The notes under the pieces were generated by a model. The model was not told where the DNA came from and made no database searches. It was given only the letters and a program-made list of their open reading frames with translations. A stretch of 64,000 nucleotides of DNA from the human T2T-CHM13v2.0 reference genome, Homo sapiens: NCBI RefSeq assembly GCF_009914755.1, contig NC_060938.1; one strand, 5' to 3'. Below, piece after piece: positions 1 through 18,829 of the stretch. The translations under genes and the position numbers were made by a program. Position 1 is the stretch's first letter. Each line of letters opens with the position of its first letter.

Positions 1-276
<276 letters not shown>

Positions 277-358
277 TGTTTTTTGTTTTTTGTATTTTTT
301 TCTCTTCATCGGCATGGGAAAAGCTTTTCCTATGCCAGGAACAGGTGGAGCAGAATAG

Positions 359-637
<279 letters not shown>

Positions 638-2152
638 ATCTGTGTGAAATTTTATGAAAACCTGCTGGTGATTCATGCCCAGTAACCACTGGATCCCATC
701 CCTGTGGTTCACCCAACACCTGCAGCAGGGAGAGGTCAGAACCAAAGCCTCCAACATAACCCACAGTGGCAGGCAAGCCCCTCTGAACCATGCACTTGTC
801 CAGGCAAGCACCACATCTTCACCTGCTCTGTGTCACCTAGCACTTGGTAGCTGTCAGCAAATTCTGTGGGTAAAAGGGAGAAAAGGAGGTGGAGGACCAT
901 GGGGAGCTAGCCATAATGAATAGTATCAATATCTCCAGCCTTCTGACCTCACACTGCCAGCACCCTTCTCCGCTGGGGAGCTTTTTACTCTGATGAAGTG
1001 CAAAGCAGAAAAGTGCAATCTTTTCCAATGGAAAAGATTGGTGATGCCTGTCTTGTACTGATGATTGTGCTTACAGAGTAATATTCAATAGCCAATTATT
1101 ATGAGTTAATTGCTGATGGCTAAGTAAGAGTTATCTCTCTAGGTCCTTCAAGAAAAACAGAATGATTCCAGATAAAGAAAAAAAGCATTTGATTAGAAGA
1201 TAGGAGTTTAGGAGTTCTGAGAGAGAGGAAGGATACCAAGACACGGGTGCCAAAGGACAGTAAGTGGGCAGAGGCTCCCAGCACCGTGGTCTCCAACAGA
1301 GTCTATAGTCCTTTGCCAAAAAGAAGGTCTGCTTGAGCTACTCTCCCCTATTCTCACCTCTGGCCAGGCTCATGCAGGAGCATCAGAGCTATCATAGTTG
1401 GGGAAGTTGGCCAGCAGCCATGAGGGACTATGCAGGAGGGAGGGCCAGGCCCATGCAGATCCTCATGGCACCCCCAACCCAGCCCCTTCTTACCTCCCTC
1501 TTGCTTCTCATAAACAGAGAGAAGACCAGAGAGAAAGAGAGAGATCAGGGATCAGAAGTTGACCAGTAGACCTCATTTTTACAGTCTGTTGTTGCATGTA
1601 TGTATACCATAATGAGGTGAAACGAACAGATTGTTGTAAAACAGTGCCCTGAGTCTGAGACACGATTGTGTTTAGTTCACCTCTCCACATATTCTAATAC
1701 AGGCCTGAAAATGAGAGCGCTGTTGGGAGGTGGTCTAGTTCCATCCGCTACCATCAGAAGATTAAAAGGCCATAAGGGTGTCTGGGAGAAGGAGAACATA
1801 GCTCAGGCTATAAGAGAAGAGCATCTCAGCCATGGATTCTGATGGGGAGGGCTTGTGATTCTTGCAGGGAAAGATCTCGGGGCTTCATTGAGCTGAAAAT
1901 AACCTGGCTCCTCAGTGTTGTTAGATTGTCTCTAAATTCTTTGGTAATGAGCTGACTTTGTGATTTGAAGTCACCTGGACCTTCCCAGTAGATTCCTGCA
2001 CTCTTTCTGCCGCTGTAGTGTTAAATGAATAAAGCAAACAAACCCTTAGGAGAAATAAGGTTTAGTTAAAGTTCTCAAAACATACACAGGCAGGAGTCTT
2101 CCCTGCCCCACCTCCCAAATTGGCCTGTCTGTGTTTTTCTATCCCCTCCCAG

Positions 2153-2264
2153 GGCCTGGTCTGGTGCAGCGATTCCGGCCGGACTTCAAACGCAAGTTTG
2201 CAGACTTCTTTGAAGATGATACCATATCAGAGTATATTTACCACTGCAACGCACAGAATCCCAG
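2153..2264 (+). CDS. ABHD4: ABHD4 internal coding exon (112 bp), alpha/beta hydrolase (lyso)NAPE lipase
   Basis: Pyrimidine tract plus AG at 2151-2152 and GT at 2265. Translates (G)[36 protein letters not shown](S); phase joins the next exon. Confidence 0.96.
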
Positions 2265-4358
2265 GTGAGGGCCGCTCCCCAGGCCAGCTTGGGGCAGACA
2301 GTTGTTAGGAGATAAAACTCTTAGCTGCTGGAGTTCTGGGCTTTATTTCTTCTTCAACAAAGCTCTGACTCAGTTAGGTAAACACAGGCACTAGCAAGCC
2401 TGATCATTTCCAGAGAGTTCCCCAGGGACAGACACAAAGGAATACAGAAGATAATAGATTAATTAAACATGCTGCCCATCTCTAGAGGAAGGCCCTCCCT
2501 GTTCCCTACAGGTATGCAATTGGCCTGATGAACAAGAGTCTGGAAAATATTAATATTTTAAAAGATTTTTTTAACTGAAAAATTGATACAAACATGGTAT
2601 TTTTTTTCTTTTTTTAGGTCAAAAATAATTAGCAAAAACATGATATTTTTCAAAAGGAAAGGAAGTCTTCTCCTGTCCCGGGCCTGTAGTCCCTACATTT
2701 CCTTATTATTTCCAGTCTAACATAGCACATGTACCATTTCTTCAGAGGGCCTCCATGTACATATTCCTTTGTACACACATGTGACTGTATCTGTTGAACA
2801 CATTACTACCAATAGAATTTCTCAATGAAAGAGCATGCATTTTAAAATTTAATTATGTGCATTTGAAATGCCTTATCATTGAGACAGAAATTTTTTTGCA
2901 TCTTTGGGAGATTTGGGGGTGTCTCGAGAACTTTGAAAAGTTCCTATCTGGGGCTGCTTATTTACACAGCAGGCCCCACAAGCCTACCTACCTGCAGTTT
3001 GGGCACCGTGGATGGCAGGGCAGTCAGGGAGGTAATCCTCTTATGTGGAAGTGCCCTGTGACTGGCTGATACCACGAGGCCATGTTGGTGACACCCCGAG
3101 CTGCTGGGAGGTATCTCAGCAAAGGCAAGCTTACTGCCCTACTCCTTTCTAGGGCTGTCCAAGTCACTTGTTGGGAGCCCAAAGCCATGAGAAAGGCAGA
3201 GATTTGCATTCCAGCAATACTGTCTGAACATTAACCTCAAACCCCAACAGCTGTTGGGCAGTGTGTGAGCTGTCTGTCCAGCATTCCACATGAGCTCAGC
3301 TAATTGAAGAACCCTGATCAAACAGTAGTATAGAAACTCCCAGCTCAGCAGTCAAATCAGGTTCCCCTGTCTTCCTGCCGTTGGCCCTTCTCTCAGCCCC
3401 CATGGGCTCAGTGCCTGTCTCATACCCACCTGAGGCCCCACAGGCCCAGCCCTAGCCCTTTCCCCAGAACTTTCCCCATCCCAGACCTAGTTCTGTACAA
3501 TGTCCTCCCAACCTAAGCCACAGAGTATATAAGTTTATAATTCATTCACATCCCAGAGGAAGCAAAGGTGACATCAGTGACAACCAGCTCCCTCACCCCC
3601 AAACACCGTCACTCAATTTTGTAACTCCCTGAGTTTTTTGACTTTGTAACCCTGACAAGCTCATGGTAACTCTTATCATTTCCTTGGAAAACATGAAATT
3701 TGACCAACATGTTTGAGGGTATCTACTTCACCTCACCTAAACTTAGGGGCTTTGTATATATTTTTATTTTCCTAATGATGTCCTAGTGAAGTAGGTATAA
3801 TACTCTACATTTATAGATGAGGAAACTAAAGTATATTCTGGTTACATGACTTGCTAAGAAAACACAGCTGAGGATTTGAATTCATTTGACTCCAAATTCC
3901 ATGCTTTTTCTGCCGTGCTGCAGTATCTTAAGGAAAAATTTATTTCTGATGGCCTGGGCAGAACTCAGGTTCCCTTTCATCTGTACATGTAAAAGAGAAT
4001 GGAGATCTGATGGTACTAAACAGGCCAAGCCTAGGAGGCAGCAGTGTCCCCAACCTGCCCTATCTCTAGCAGAAGCTGCAGACCAGCCCCAGAAAGCTGG
4101 CTCTGCCCCAGCCTTGTGGACACCTCATGATACGGCCTCAATTCATTCTACCTGAGCAAATGACCGGGGAGTGAAATAGATTACATTGGCATTTGTTGTT
4201 TCTTGCTTAACAGAAACTGCTGCTCCCCCAGCCCTTGGAAGACTGATTTTTAATTCCAGAGTCTTCTCAGGAAGCCCTTTTTACTACTATAGTACTCACT
4301 TTTAAGCGTTCACCTCAGATGAACTTCTGACCATGTCTCTAGACCCCCAACAGGCTAA

Positions 4359-5052
<694 letters not shown>

Positions 5053-5452
5053 TAATCATATGATTAGTTACTTAATGCCTACCTCCCTAACACATGAGCT
5101 AAAGTGTGTGAGCTCCAGGAGGGACAGCACCCTGCCTTTCTTGTTCATATGTCCCCTTTCCCAGTCCAGGGCATGACAGAATATTTGTTGAGTCAATAAT
5201 AACCCATTTCATTCTCAGATTCTTGGACAGTTCGTACTGCCATGGGGTTTTTCACAAGTGTTCCTCCGAACTCTTCTGTGATGGGAGGCCTCTGGAATTT
5301 TGGTCTTCCCCTAATCTTACCAATATTTAATGAGCCCAGTGTAGGGCTTTGACAGGAATACAAAGGTGACTAAGATTCTGCCTCAGTCTCTGAAGAGACC
5401 AACAAGTTGACATATTCTGCTGTGAAGTTTATTGCTGTTTTGCTTTTGACAG

Positions 5453-5639
5453 TGGTGAGACAGCATTCAAAGCCATGATGGAGTCCTTTGGCTGGGCCCG
5501 GCGCCCTATGCTGGAGCGAATTCACTTGATTCGAAAAGATGTGCCTATCACTATGATCTACGGGTCCGACACCTGGATAGATACCAGTACGGGAAAAAAG
5601 GTGAAGATGCAGCGGCCGGATTCCTATGTCCGAGACATG
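5453..5639 (+). CDS. ABHD4: ABHD4 penultimate coding exon (187 bp)
   Basis: AG at 5451-5452, GTATGT at 5640. Encodes (S)GETAFKAMMESFGWARRPMLERIHLIRKDVPITMIYGSDTWIDTSTGKKVKMQRPDSYVRDM. Confidence 0.97.
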
Positions 5640-5750
5640 GTATGTTGCACCACCCAAGGAGTGGAAATGATGACTGAGAGTCAATCACCTCTCAGCCTTG
5701 GGGTAGAGAAGGGTGATCAAGGAGAAAGAGGAATGGACAGACTGAGATAG

Positions 5751-6090
<340 letters not shown>

Positions 6091-6588
6091 TAGCCCAGTT
6101 CAGCTAAAAGGCTGGTTCTTGTCTAGCAGCCAGGCACCTGCTGCTACTCCAGCCCCCATGTAGTTTCTACCCCAAAACCAGAGCCATGGGCAGTAGAGTG
6201 AATAGTAGAGGCTGCCATGAAGCCTCCCCACCACACCTCCTCCCCTTTTTTCTTACCCCTCTCCGCCATGTGCCAATGAGTGTGCTTAATGAGGCTGGGT
6301 GCCAACCATGGGCCCAGGTTTACTGGACCTTTGGATTAAATGAGCAGATCAGTGGTGGGGCTAACACAGAAGGAAAGACACAGTGAATGTTTATCAAGTA
6401 AGTAGAATGGGAAAGCATTGGCTGTCAAAGGAAAATACCAAGATCCAAGCGAGAAAGGTGGAGCATTATCTCTGATAAGAGCTCGTGGGTGGCAGGCAAG
6501 CAAGTCTAAGGGGAAAAGAAATAGCGTGAAGGCTTCCCAGCACCAGGAATAAAGGGCCATCCCACCCCTGCGGGTTCTCTCTCCACAG

Positions 6589-6678
6589 GAGATTAAGGGT
6601 GCCTCCCACCATGTCTATGCTGACCAGCCACACATCTTCAATGCTGTGGTGGAGGAGATCTGCGACTCAGTTGATTGA
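6589..6678 (+). CDS. ABHD4: ABHD4 last coding exon
   Basis: TTCTCTCTCCACAG acceptor. Encodes EIKGASHHVYADQPHIFNAVVEEICDSVD-TGA, including the HX4D motif (HHVYAD) shared with ABHD5. Confidence 0.97.
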   Translation, partial: EIKGASHHVYADQPHIFNAVVEEICDSVD

Positions 6679-8090
6679 GCTGCTCTCTGAAGAGGAAGAG
6701 GAGAAAGCCAGAGAGTCACTCTTACCTCCCTGTCTGCTTACTCACCCACTCTGTCCTTTCCTCACCAACTAACATGTGCCAGCCAGGCAGAGTCTTGTGC
6801 TGTTCCCAGAACAGGACGACAGTGAAAAGAACACTCTTGACCCTACACTGAAGGCTGAAGGCAGAAGCCACAAGAGGCCTTGAGTGCCACCCCCAGGGAA
6901 GAACATAAAGGGTTGCACAATGCCACCCATCCACTCCTTGCCAAGTGTTACCCAGATGGTGGAGGATGTGAAGGGATTGCACCAAGCCACATTCACTCTC
7001 TCTGTGGCCTTTCTTCCTCTGGGCAAAGAAGGGCTTCCAGTGGCCTTTCCTCACTCTGTAGTGTTTGTGGGGATAGGTTCCATGCAAGAACACCTTCCTC
7101 CTCCATCCCCCACTTCACCCCATCCCATACCAGTTCCATCCAGGGTCTGCTTAACTGCCAAGAGCAGGTCCTGGAGTTCCCTTCACCTGCAGAGTCCTTT
7201 TCATGACCTAGGAGGTCTTATTCAAAGCCCTCATTGACAGAGGAGGAAACAGGCCAAGGCAGGACATGGCTGGACCATGGTGATACAGCTCTGTGTGATT
7301 CAAGTTCTGGCAGAGCTTGTAAGGCTAGAGCCCAGGTCTGCCGACACCCTGTGCTTGTTGCACACTTGATTTGCTAAGGCTGGAGACAGGCACCATTGCC
7401 ATGGGGCTGGTCCTAGTCACTGGCCGAGGATAAGCCCGTCCCTGTCCCACATTCTAGCCCCACTATGCGGGGGTGCTGTTGTCCTGCCTGTGTCTCATCC
7501 CCAGCTGCCTAAGCTAGGGACACTCAAGTGCTTCCTTCCTTGCCCCATCTTCCTCCCAACTGGAGGCCTCTGAGCCTCCCCTGTGCCTTGGGCCCTGAAG
7601 CCCCATATGTAGTATAGAGCAAAGGTGGCTCCTGGTGAAGAGAGGGTGGAAAGGCCCTTCAGCCCCAGGGCCATGTCTGGGTTCTCCATGCCCATCAGTC
7701 TCTGCAGTTTCTCTACCTGCCCCCAGAGCTGAGGCCATCTGCAAGCCCCTGCCCATGGCCCAATGGGGAGCCTCCAGCCACAAGTTCCCTGTCCTTATCA
7801 GCCACTGGGTGGTTCCCACTGCATGACCCTCTATCCCTGCCATCTGTCCCCATGGTTTCCAGCTCAATCCACCCCTGACCCATCTGTCAGCTTTTTCCCA
7901 GGGAGCCGTTTCAGGGGTTCTGGGCAGTAGGCTGGGCCTGGCCTCAGAACCTGGTGGCTCCTGCCTGCTCCTTCACTTTTGTAAAACCATCCCCTTCACC
8001 AGAATGGTATTAACTCCTGGTGCTTTGTACTACTGGTCCAGCTGCCTTGGGCTCCTTTTCTATATTAATAAAGAAACGAGTAAAAATTAC
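6679..8090 (+). other. ABHD4: ABHD4 3' UTR (end approximate)
   Basis: Repeat-poor sequence from the stop codon to the first AATAAA, followed by G/T-rich sequence. Confidence 0.8.
8067..8072 (+). terminator. ABHD4: ABHD4 polyadenylation signal AATAAA
   Basis: First canonical hexamer after the stop codon. Confidence 0.8.
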
Positions 8091-10444
8091 CGGTGGGGAT
8101 GATGTTTAAAATTGCTCTGATCACTGGTGGTGCTGAATTCGCAACAGCCTGTGTGATGCCTGAGAGAAGGGAGTCCTGAGGGTTGCCTGCCTACCCACGA
8201 CTCCTTCTCCTTTTAGTGTGGCGTTTGCCCGCTAGACCCAGCCCAGAGTCCAGGTCAGCACAGGCCCTCTCAGCCAACCACTCATGACAAATGAGGAGTC
8301 GAGATCCACAGTGTGGATGGGGCAAGCCCCAGTTCACAGTAGAGAGGTGGAGCTTAGTACTTCCTGCTGCCCATTAGACACCCTTTCTTCCTAAGTTCAA
8401 GGGAAGCCCACACATGTACTGCTCCCTGCATCCTGCTCTAACTTCCTCTCATCCTCTGGATCTCAGCTCAAATATTCCTTATGCAGAGATGCCTTCCCCT
8501 GATTCCCTAAACTAGACTCGGACCCCTCTGTTCTGCATCTCTGTGGCATATCATCTGCCCCTTTTGTAAAACTTATAAACTTGTGGTTACTTGTTTAGCG
8601 TCTCTTTCCTCCCCAGACCATAAGCAACATAAAGACAAAGGGTACATCTAGCACATAGTTCGTGTTCAATAAATGTTTGTTTTCATCATGCCACGGGAAG
8701 TGAGATATACCAAGTATTCAAAAAAGTGTTCAAATCATTACTAACAGTGCTTGCTCTGTGCTGGCTGAGTCCAGCTGGGCCCAGAATTCCACGGTTCTAA
8801 ATGGCGCATATTCCATGTGCATAGGCTGATTGAAAATGTATTAAACCTAAATTTTAAAAAAAAAGCACATGATACTACACATGTCATGATGAATGAATAG
8901 ACAGAACTCCTCCTGAATATAATTACAAAGTTCTGATCCATCTCAGGACCCTGTGTCTTCTCTGAGGATTTTTATAGGGAGGAGAAGGCAGGTATATAGA
9001 GCTTACTACATGCCAACCACTAGGGCTGCAATAGTGAAGAAACAGAGAGTGTCTGCCTTTGTGAGAAATTCCAGTTCACTCAAAGAGATGCACCTAGTCA
9101 AAATATTATGTAAATCAATGTAAAATTGCTAAAGTGCTACCCGTGAGAATTGAGAAAACCTCCTGCAGAAGTGATGGCAGCTGTGCCTGAAGGCAGGACC
9201 AGGGAAAGGGGAAGGACTGTCTGGAGAGAGGGGCGACTGCACAGGCAGGTGGCTGGGAGAGAAGTCTGGTGAGATCAGTAGGGACCAGCTCAGCAGATCC
9301 TCTGGCCACATGAAGAATGTTGTGTTCATTCTAAAAAGCAATGGAAGGAAATGAATGGGGGTCAGGGTGGGGTAGGGAGTGTGACAAAATCAGCCTGAGA
9401 TTGAAAGAGCCATTCTGGCTGCTCTGTGGAGTTCAGATGAGAGGGGGATGAGAACTTTGAGGCTGCTGCAGTGGTCCAGGCCAGAGCTGATGGTAGTTTG
9501 GACTTGGCTAGGGGCTAATGGACACAGAGAGGGGAAAAATGCAAAAGATGCTTAGATGGTAAAATCTAAAAGACTTAATATCAACACTGCATGACCCTAC
9601 CACCCTCTTGAAGAACGGGCCAAGTGAGGCAGTGGTTACCAAACCCAGTCACATAACAAAACAACCTGGGGGTATTTTTTTTTAAATATAGATTCCTGAG
9701 CTGTATTCCCTAGAGTTTGATCTGGTTAACCTGAATGGAGTCTGACCGTGAAATCTACATTTAAACACATTCCTAGGAGATTCTGGTGCCCTGTGTCTGC
9801 AGGAACTGGTCTAAGGGACTCTGTCTCTGACATTTGACCCAGAAGGCTGGGTAGAGTAGGGCCTGTGCCCCTGAGAGTTCATTCTGCTTGCTCCAGAATC
9901 ACTTTTTTTTTTTGGAGGTAGCACAACATGCTGATCTGCTTTTTCCAACTCAACACGAGGCAAACACATTCTTCAGGAGCAGACGCAAGAAGAGTCTGAG
10001 AAAGGTCACCCAGAGTCCCCTGTTTATACTACATGGTCTGCACGCATGGGCACAAGCCAGCACGCAGACACACACCCCATCTGACAGGAACATTCCTAAC
10101 ATTCCACTAGGTGGGACTAAGAAATTACTATGAACATTCTACCCAATCAGCACAGTTTCTGGGTGGGCACTAAGGATTTATGGTGACAGTTTGAACCATA
10201 AATCCAGGCTCCTCAAATGCCTAGCAGTTTAAAAGGAGAGATTCCACAGACAGACATTAAGGACTGTGACTCAACTTAAGACCCAGGTGGTACTGCAGTA
10301 TTCAGCGACTAGCAGAAAATGTGCTAAATTTAACTTCCTCCTCGGTATAGACACCAAAGTATGTGTGCTAAAAATGTAGTCTGGTTTCATTGCCAAAACG
10401 GTGGTGAAATCTTGATGAGTACCTCTTTCCATTCTGATCCATGA

Positions 10445-10780
<336 letters not shown>

Positions 10781-11062
10781 AAGACTCCTACTCTTAACTG
10801 ATAACAAACACAATGTCCAATGAATGGTGCACAAGATTTTTTCTCATTTTGTGACTTTTCAATTCATACAGAGTCCTCGGATGAGGTCTGGAGGGTCCTT
10901 TCTCTCAGTCTCCCTTCCTTTTCTGTCCTTCCTCAGGGTCCTGGTCTATCTGGCAGAAGCAAGAAAGCCACTTGAGATTCTGAGGGTCTGTCTCAACCCC
11001 ATCCTGGTGAAATATCTCAAGATAAACATTCTCCTCTCGCTATTATAATATTGACGGTTTTT

Positions 11063-11384
<322 letters not shown>

Positions 11385-11581
11385 TTAAGTTTTAGGGTAC
11401 ATGTGCACAACGTGCAGGTTTGTTACATATGTATACGTGTGCCATGTTGGTGTGCTGCACCCATTAACTTGTCATTTAACATTAGGTATATCTCCTAATG
11501 CTATCCCTCCCCCCTCCCCCCACCCCACAACAGTCCCTGGTGTGTGATGTTCCCCTTCCTGTGTCCATGTGTTCTCATTGT

Positions 11582-15410
<3,829 letters not shown>

Positions 15411-15458
15411 TTATTTTGCTCATTAGTTGATGCAGTATCTTCCTAGCCTCAATGATCT

Positions 15459-16468
15459 TTACAATTTGTCATGTTTTTGCAGTGGCTGGTACCGGTTGTT
15501 CCTTTCCATGTTTAGTGCTTCCTTCAGGAGCTCTTTTAAGGCAGGCCTGGTGGTGACAAAATCTCTCAACATTTGCTTGTCTGTAAAGGATTTTATTTCT
15601 CCTTCACTTATGAAGCTTAGTTTGGCCAGATATGAAATTCTGGATTGAAAATTCTTTTCTTTAAGAATGTTGAATATTGGCCCCCACTCTCTTCTGGCTT
15701 GTAGAGTTTCTGCCAAGAGATCAGCTGTTAGTCTGATGGGCTTTCCTTTGTAGGTAATCCGACCTTTGTCGCTGGCTGCCCTTAACATTTTTTCCTTCAT
15801 TTCAACTTTGGTGAATCTGACAATTATGTGTCTTGGAGTTGCTCTTCTCAAGGAGTATCTTTGTGGCATTCTCTGTATTTCCTGAATTTGAATGTTGGCC
15901 TGCCTTGCTAGATTGGGGAAGTTCTCCTGGATAATATCCTGCAGAGTGTTTTCCAACTTGGTTCCATTCTCCCCGTCACTTTCAGGTACACCAATCAGAC
16001 GTAGATTTGGTCTTTTCACATAGTCCCATATTTCTTGGAGGCTTTGTTCGTTTTTTTTTTTTATTATTCTTTTTTCTCTAAACTTCTCTTCTTGCATCAT
16101 TTCATTCGTTTCATCTTCCATCACTGATACCCTTTCTTCCAGTTGATCGAATCGGCTACTGAGGCTTGTGCATTCGTCACGTAGTTCTCGTGCTGTGGTT
16201 TTCAGCTCCATCAGGTCCTTTAAGGAATTCTCTGCATTGGTCATTCTAGTTAGCAATTCGTCTAATTTTTTTTCATGGTTTTTAACTTCTTTGTGATGGA
16301 TTTGAACTTCCTCCTTTAGCTTGGAGTAGTTTGATCATCTGAAGCCTTCTTCTCTCAAATTGTCAAAGTCATTCTCCATCCAGCTTTGTTCCGTTGCTGG
16401 TGAGGAGCTCCATTCCTTTGGAGGAGGAGAGGCACACTGATTTTTAAAGTTTCCAGTTTTTCTCCCAT
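15459..16468 (-). pseudogene. L1 ORF1p remnant
   Basis: ORF track 15459-16256 gives coiled-coil/RRM/CTD sequence (REKR, YVKRPNLRLIGVPE). Native ATG at 16466-16468 is followed by a short deletion relative to consensus. Confidence 0.92.
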
Positions 16469-17826
16469 CTTTGTGGTTTTATCTACCTTTGGTCTTTGAT
16501 GATGGTGATGTACAGATGGGGTTTTGGTGTGGATGTCCTTTCTGTTTGTTAGTTTTCCTTCTAACAGTCAGGACCCTCAGCTGCATGTCTGTTGGAGTAT
16601 GCTGGAGGTCCACTCCAGACCCTGTTTGCCTGGGTATCAGCAGAGGAGGCTGCAGAACATATTGGTGAACAGCAAATGTTGCTGCCTGATCGTTCCTCTG
16701 GAAGTTTTGTCTCAGAGGAGTAACCGGCCGTGTGAGGTGTCAGTCTGCCCCTACTGGGGGGTGCCTCCCAGTTAGGCTACTCAGGGGTCAGGGACCCACT
16801 TGAAGAGGCAGTCTGTCTGTTCTCAGATCTCTAGCTGCGTGCTGGGAGAACCACTACTCTCTTCAAAGCTGTCAGACAGGGACATTTAAGTCTGCAGAGA
16901 TTTCTGCTGCCTTTTGTTTGGCTATGCCTTGCCCTCAGAGGTGGAGTCTACAGAGGCAGGCAGGCCTCCTTGAGCTGCGGTGGGCTCCACCCAGATCGAG
17001 CTTCCCGGCCACTTTGTTTACCTACTCAAGCCTTGGCAATGGCGGGCGCCCCTTCCCCAGCCTCACTGCCACCTTGCAGTTTGATCTCAGACTGCTGTGC
17101 TAGCAATGAGTGAGGCTCCGTGGGCATAGGACCCTCCAAGCCAGGCACGGGATATAATCTCCTGGGGTGCAGTTTGCTAAGACCATTGGAAAAGCACAGT
17201 TTTAGGGTGGGAGTGACCCAATTTTCCAGGTGCCGTCTGTCACCTCTTTCTTTGACTAGGAAAGGGAATTCCCTGACCCCTTGCACTTCCCAAGTGAAGC
17301 GATGGCTTGCCCTGCTTCGGCTCACGCTCGGTACGCTGCACCCACTCTCCTGCACCCACTATCCAACACTCCCCAGTGAGATGAACCTGGTACCTCAGTT
17401 GGAAATGCGGAAATCACCCGTCTTCTGCGTCTCTCACGCTGGGAGCTGTAGACTGGAGCTGTTCATATTCGGCCATCTTGGCTCCACCCCAAGTGTTTTT
17501 CATAGTATAAGTTCAGCATTGTTATGCTAGACAGATCTTTGTCATCATCCTGCTAAATATCACTCTTCACTAGGGTTAAGGAGGAAAGACCTTCCTCATT
17601 CCTGGAGAGAATACTAAGGAGGATTAACAGATGTCAGCAGGTGCACAGAGTCTGTTCCCCAACCCACAAGGACCCCATTATCTTGGTTGGTGACTCTGCT
17701 AAAGGCCTAGGAGATCTGTAGACTTCACCTTACTGATGGCTGATGCTCCTTCTTCCTGGAATATTCTGAGGCCTAATGGAGAGTTTGTGATAATTCAGCA
17801 ACCACATATTTTAGTTGGTATATATG

Positions 17827-18242
17827 TGTCTTAGTCTGTTTCTTCTGCTATAAAGGAATACCTGAGGCCAGGTAATTTATAAAGAAAAGAAAACCTGTCA
17901 GTTCTGCAGGCTGTACAAGAAGCATGGCATCAGCATCTGCTTCTGGTGAGGGCCTCAGGAAGCTTCCACTCATGCTGGAAGGGTAAGGGGAGCTGGAGTG
18001 TGCAGAGATCACATGACAAGGCAGCGCAGGCCAGAGAGAAACAAGTGAGGTGCCAGGCTTGTTTTAACAATCTCTCCCAGGCACTGCTAGAACAAGAACT
18101 CACTCATAACCACACAGACAGCACCAAGCCATTCATGAGGAATCTGCCCCATGACCCAGACACCTCCCATTAGGCCCCATCTCAACATTGGGGATCAAAT
18201 TTCAACATGAGATTTGAAGAGTCAGATATCCAAACTATAACA
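17827..18242 (-). mobile_element. MST-family (ERVL-MaLR) solo LTR
   Basis: TGTCTTAGTC...CAAACTATAACA termini; 5-bp TSD ATATG at 17822-17826 and 18243-18247. Confidence 0.88.
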
Positions 18243-18829
18243 ATATGAGAACAAATCACACACAACCAGAAGAATCCTGAGACATGCTAGTGGCTGAAAA
18301 GGATCCTGAAGGATATGGCGTTAGAGGTGATATTTTCATCTTCTCAGTTTGACCAGCTGACACCATGTGTTGTGTCTGGGAAAAGAATTTTTGAGAGGGC
18401 TCACAACTTATGATAGATTTATGGGCCTCTGATAAATTATGAGGTAACTAACACAAAAACTGGGCATCATGTACTTTCTAAAATGTTCAAGGAAAGTGTC
18501 CAAATGTAACTGCAAAACCATATATTATAGCAGTGGCTTCCTACATAGATCCACAGACTGGAGCTGGTCCATGATAAAGTATTTCTGGTTCATAACAAAA
18601 TAGTGCCTTTTTTTTTTTAGTATTTTTAAATTCTGAAATTATATCCTTTCTAACCCTTTCAGGATTAAACTATTGTTATTTTATAAAAAGATGCTGATAT
18701 TCTACGATTGTTTGGGGGTGAGAGGGAATGTCATTTTTTGTTTCCAAACATATCAATTTTAGAATTTTTTCCTGTATTTGTAATTAATATTATTAAAATC
18801 CTAAAGTCTGGGGAGTGCTGGCTATATTA

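Noticed and set aside
6722-7867. ORFs within the ABHD4 3' UTR
   Set aside because: No homology or motifs; lengths expected by chance in GC-rich UTR
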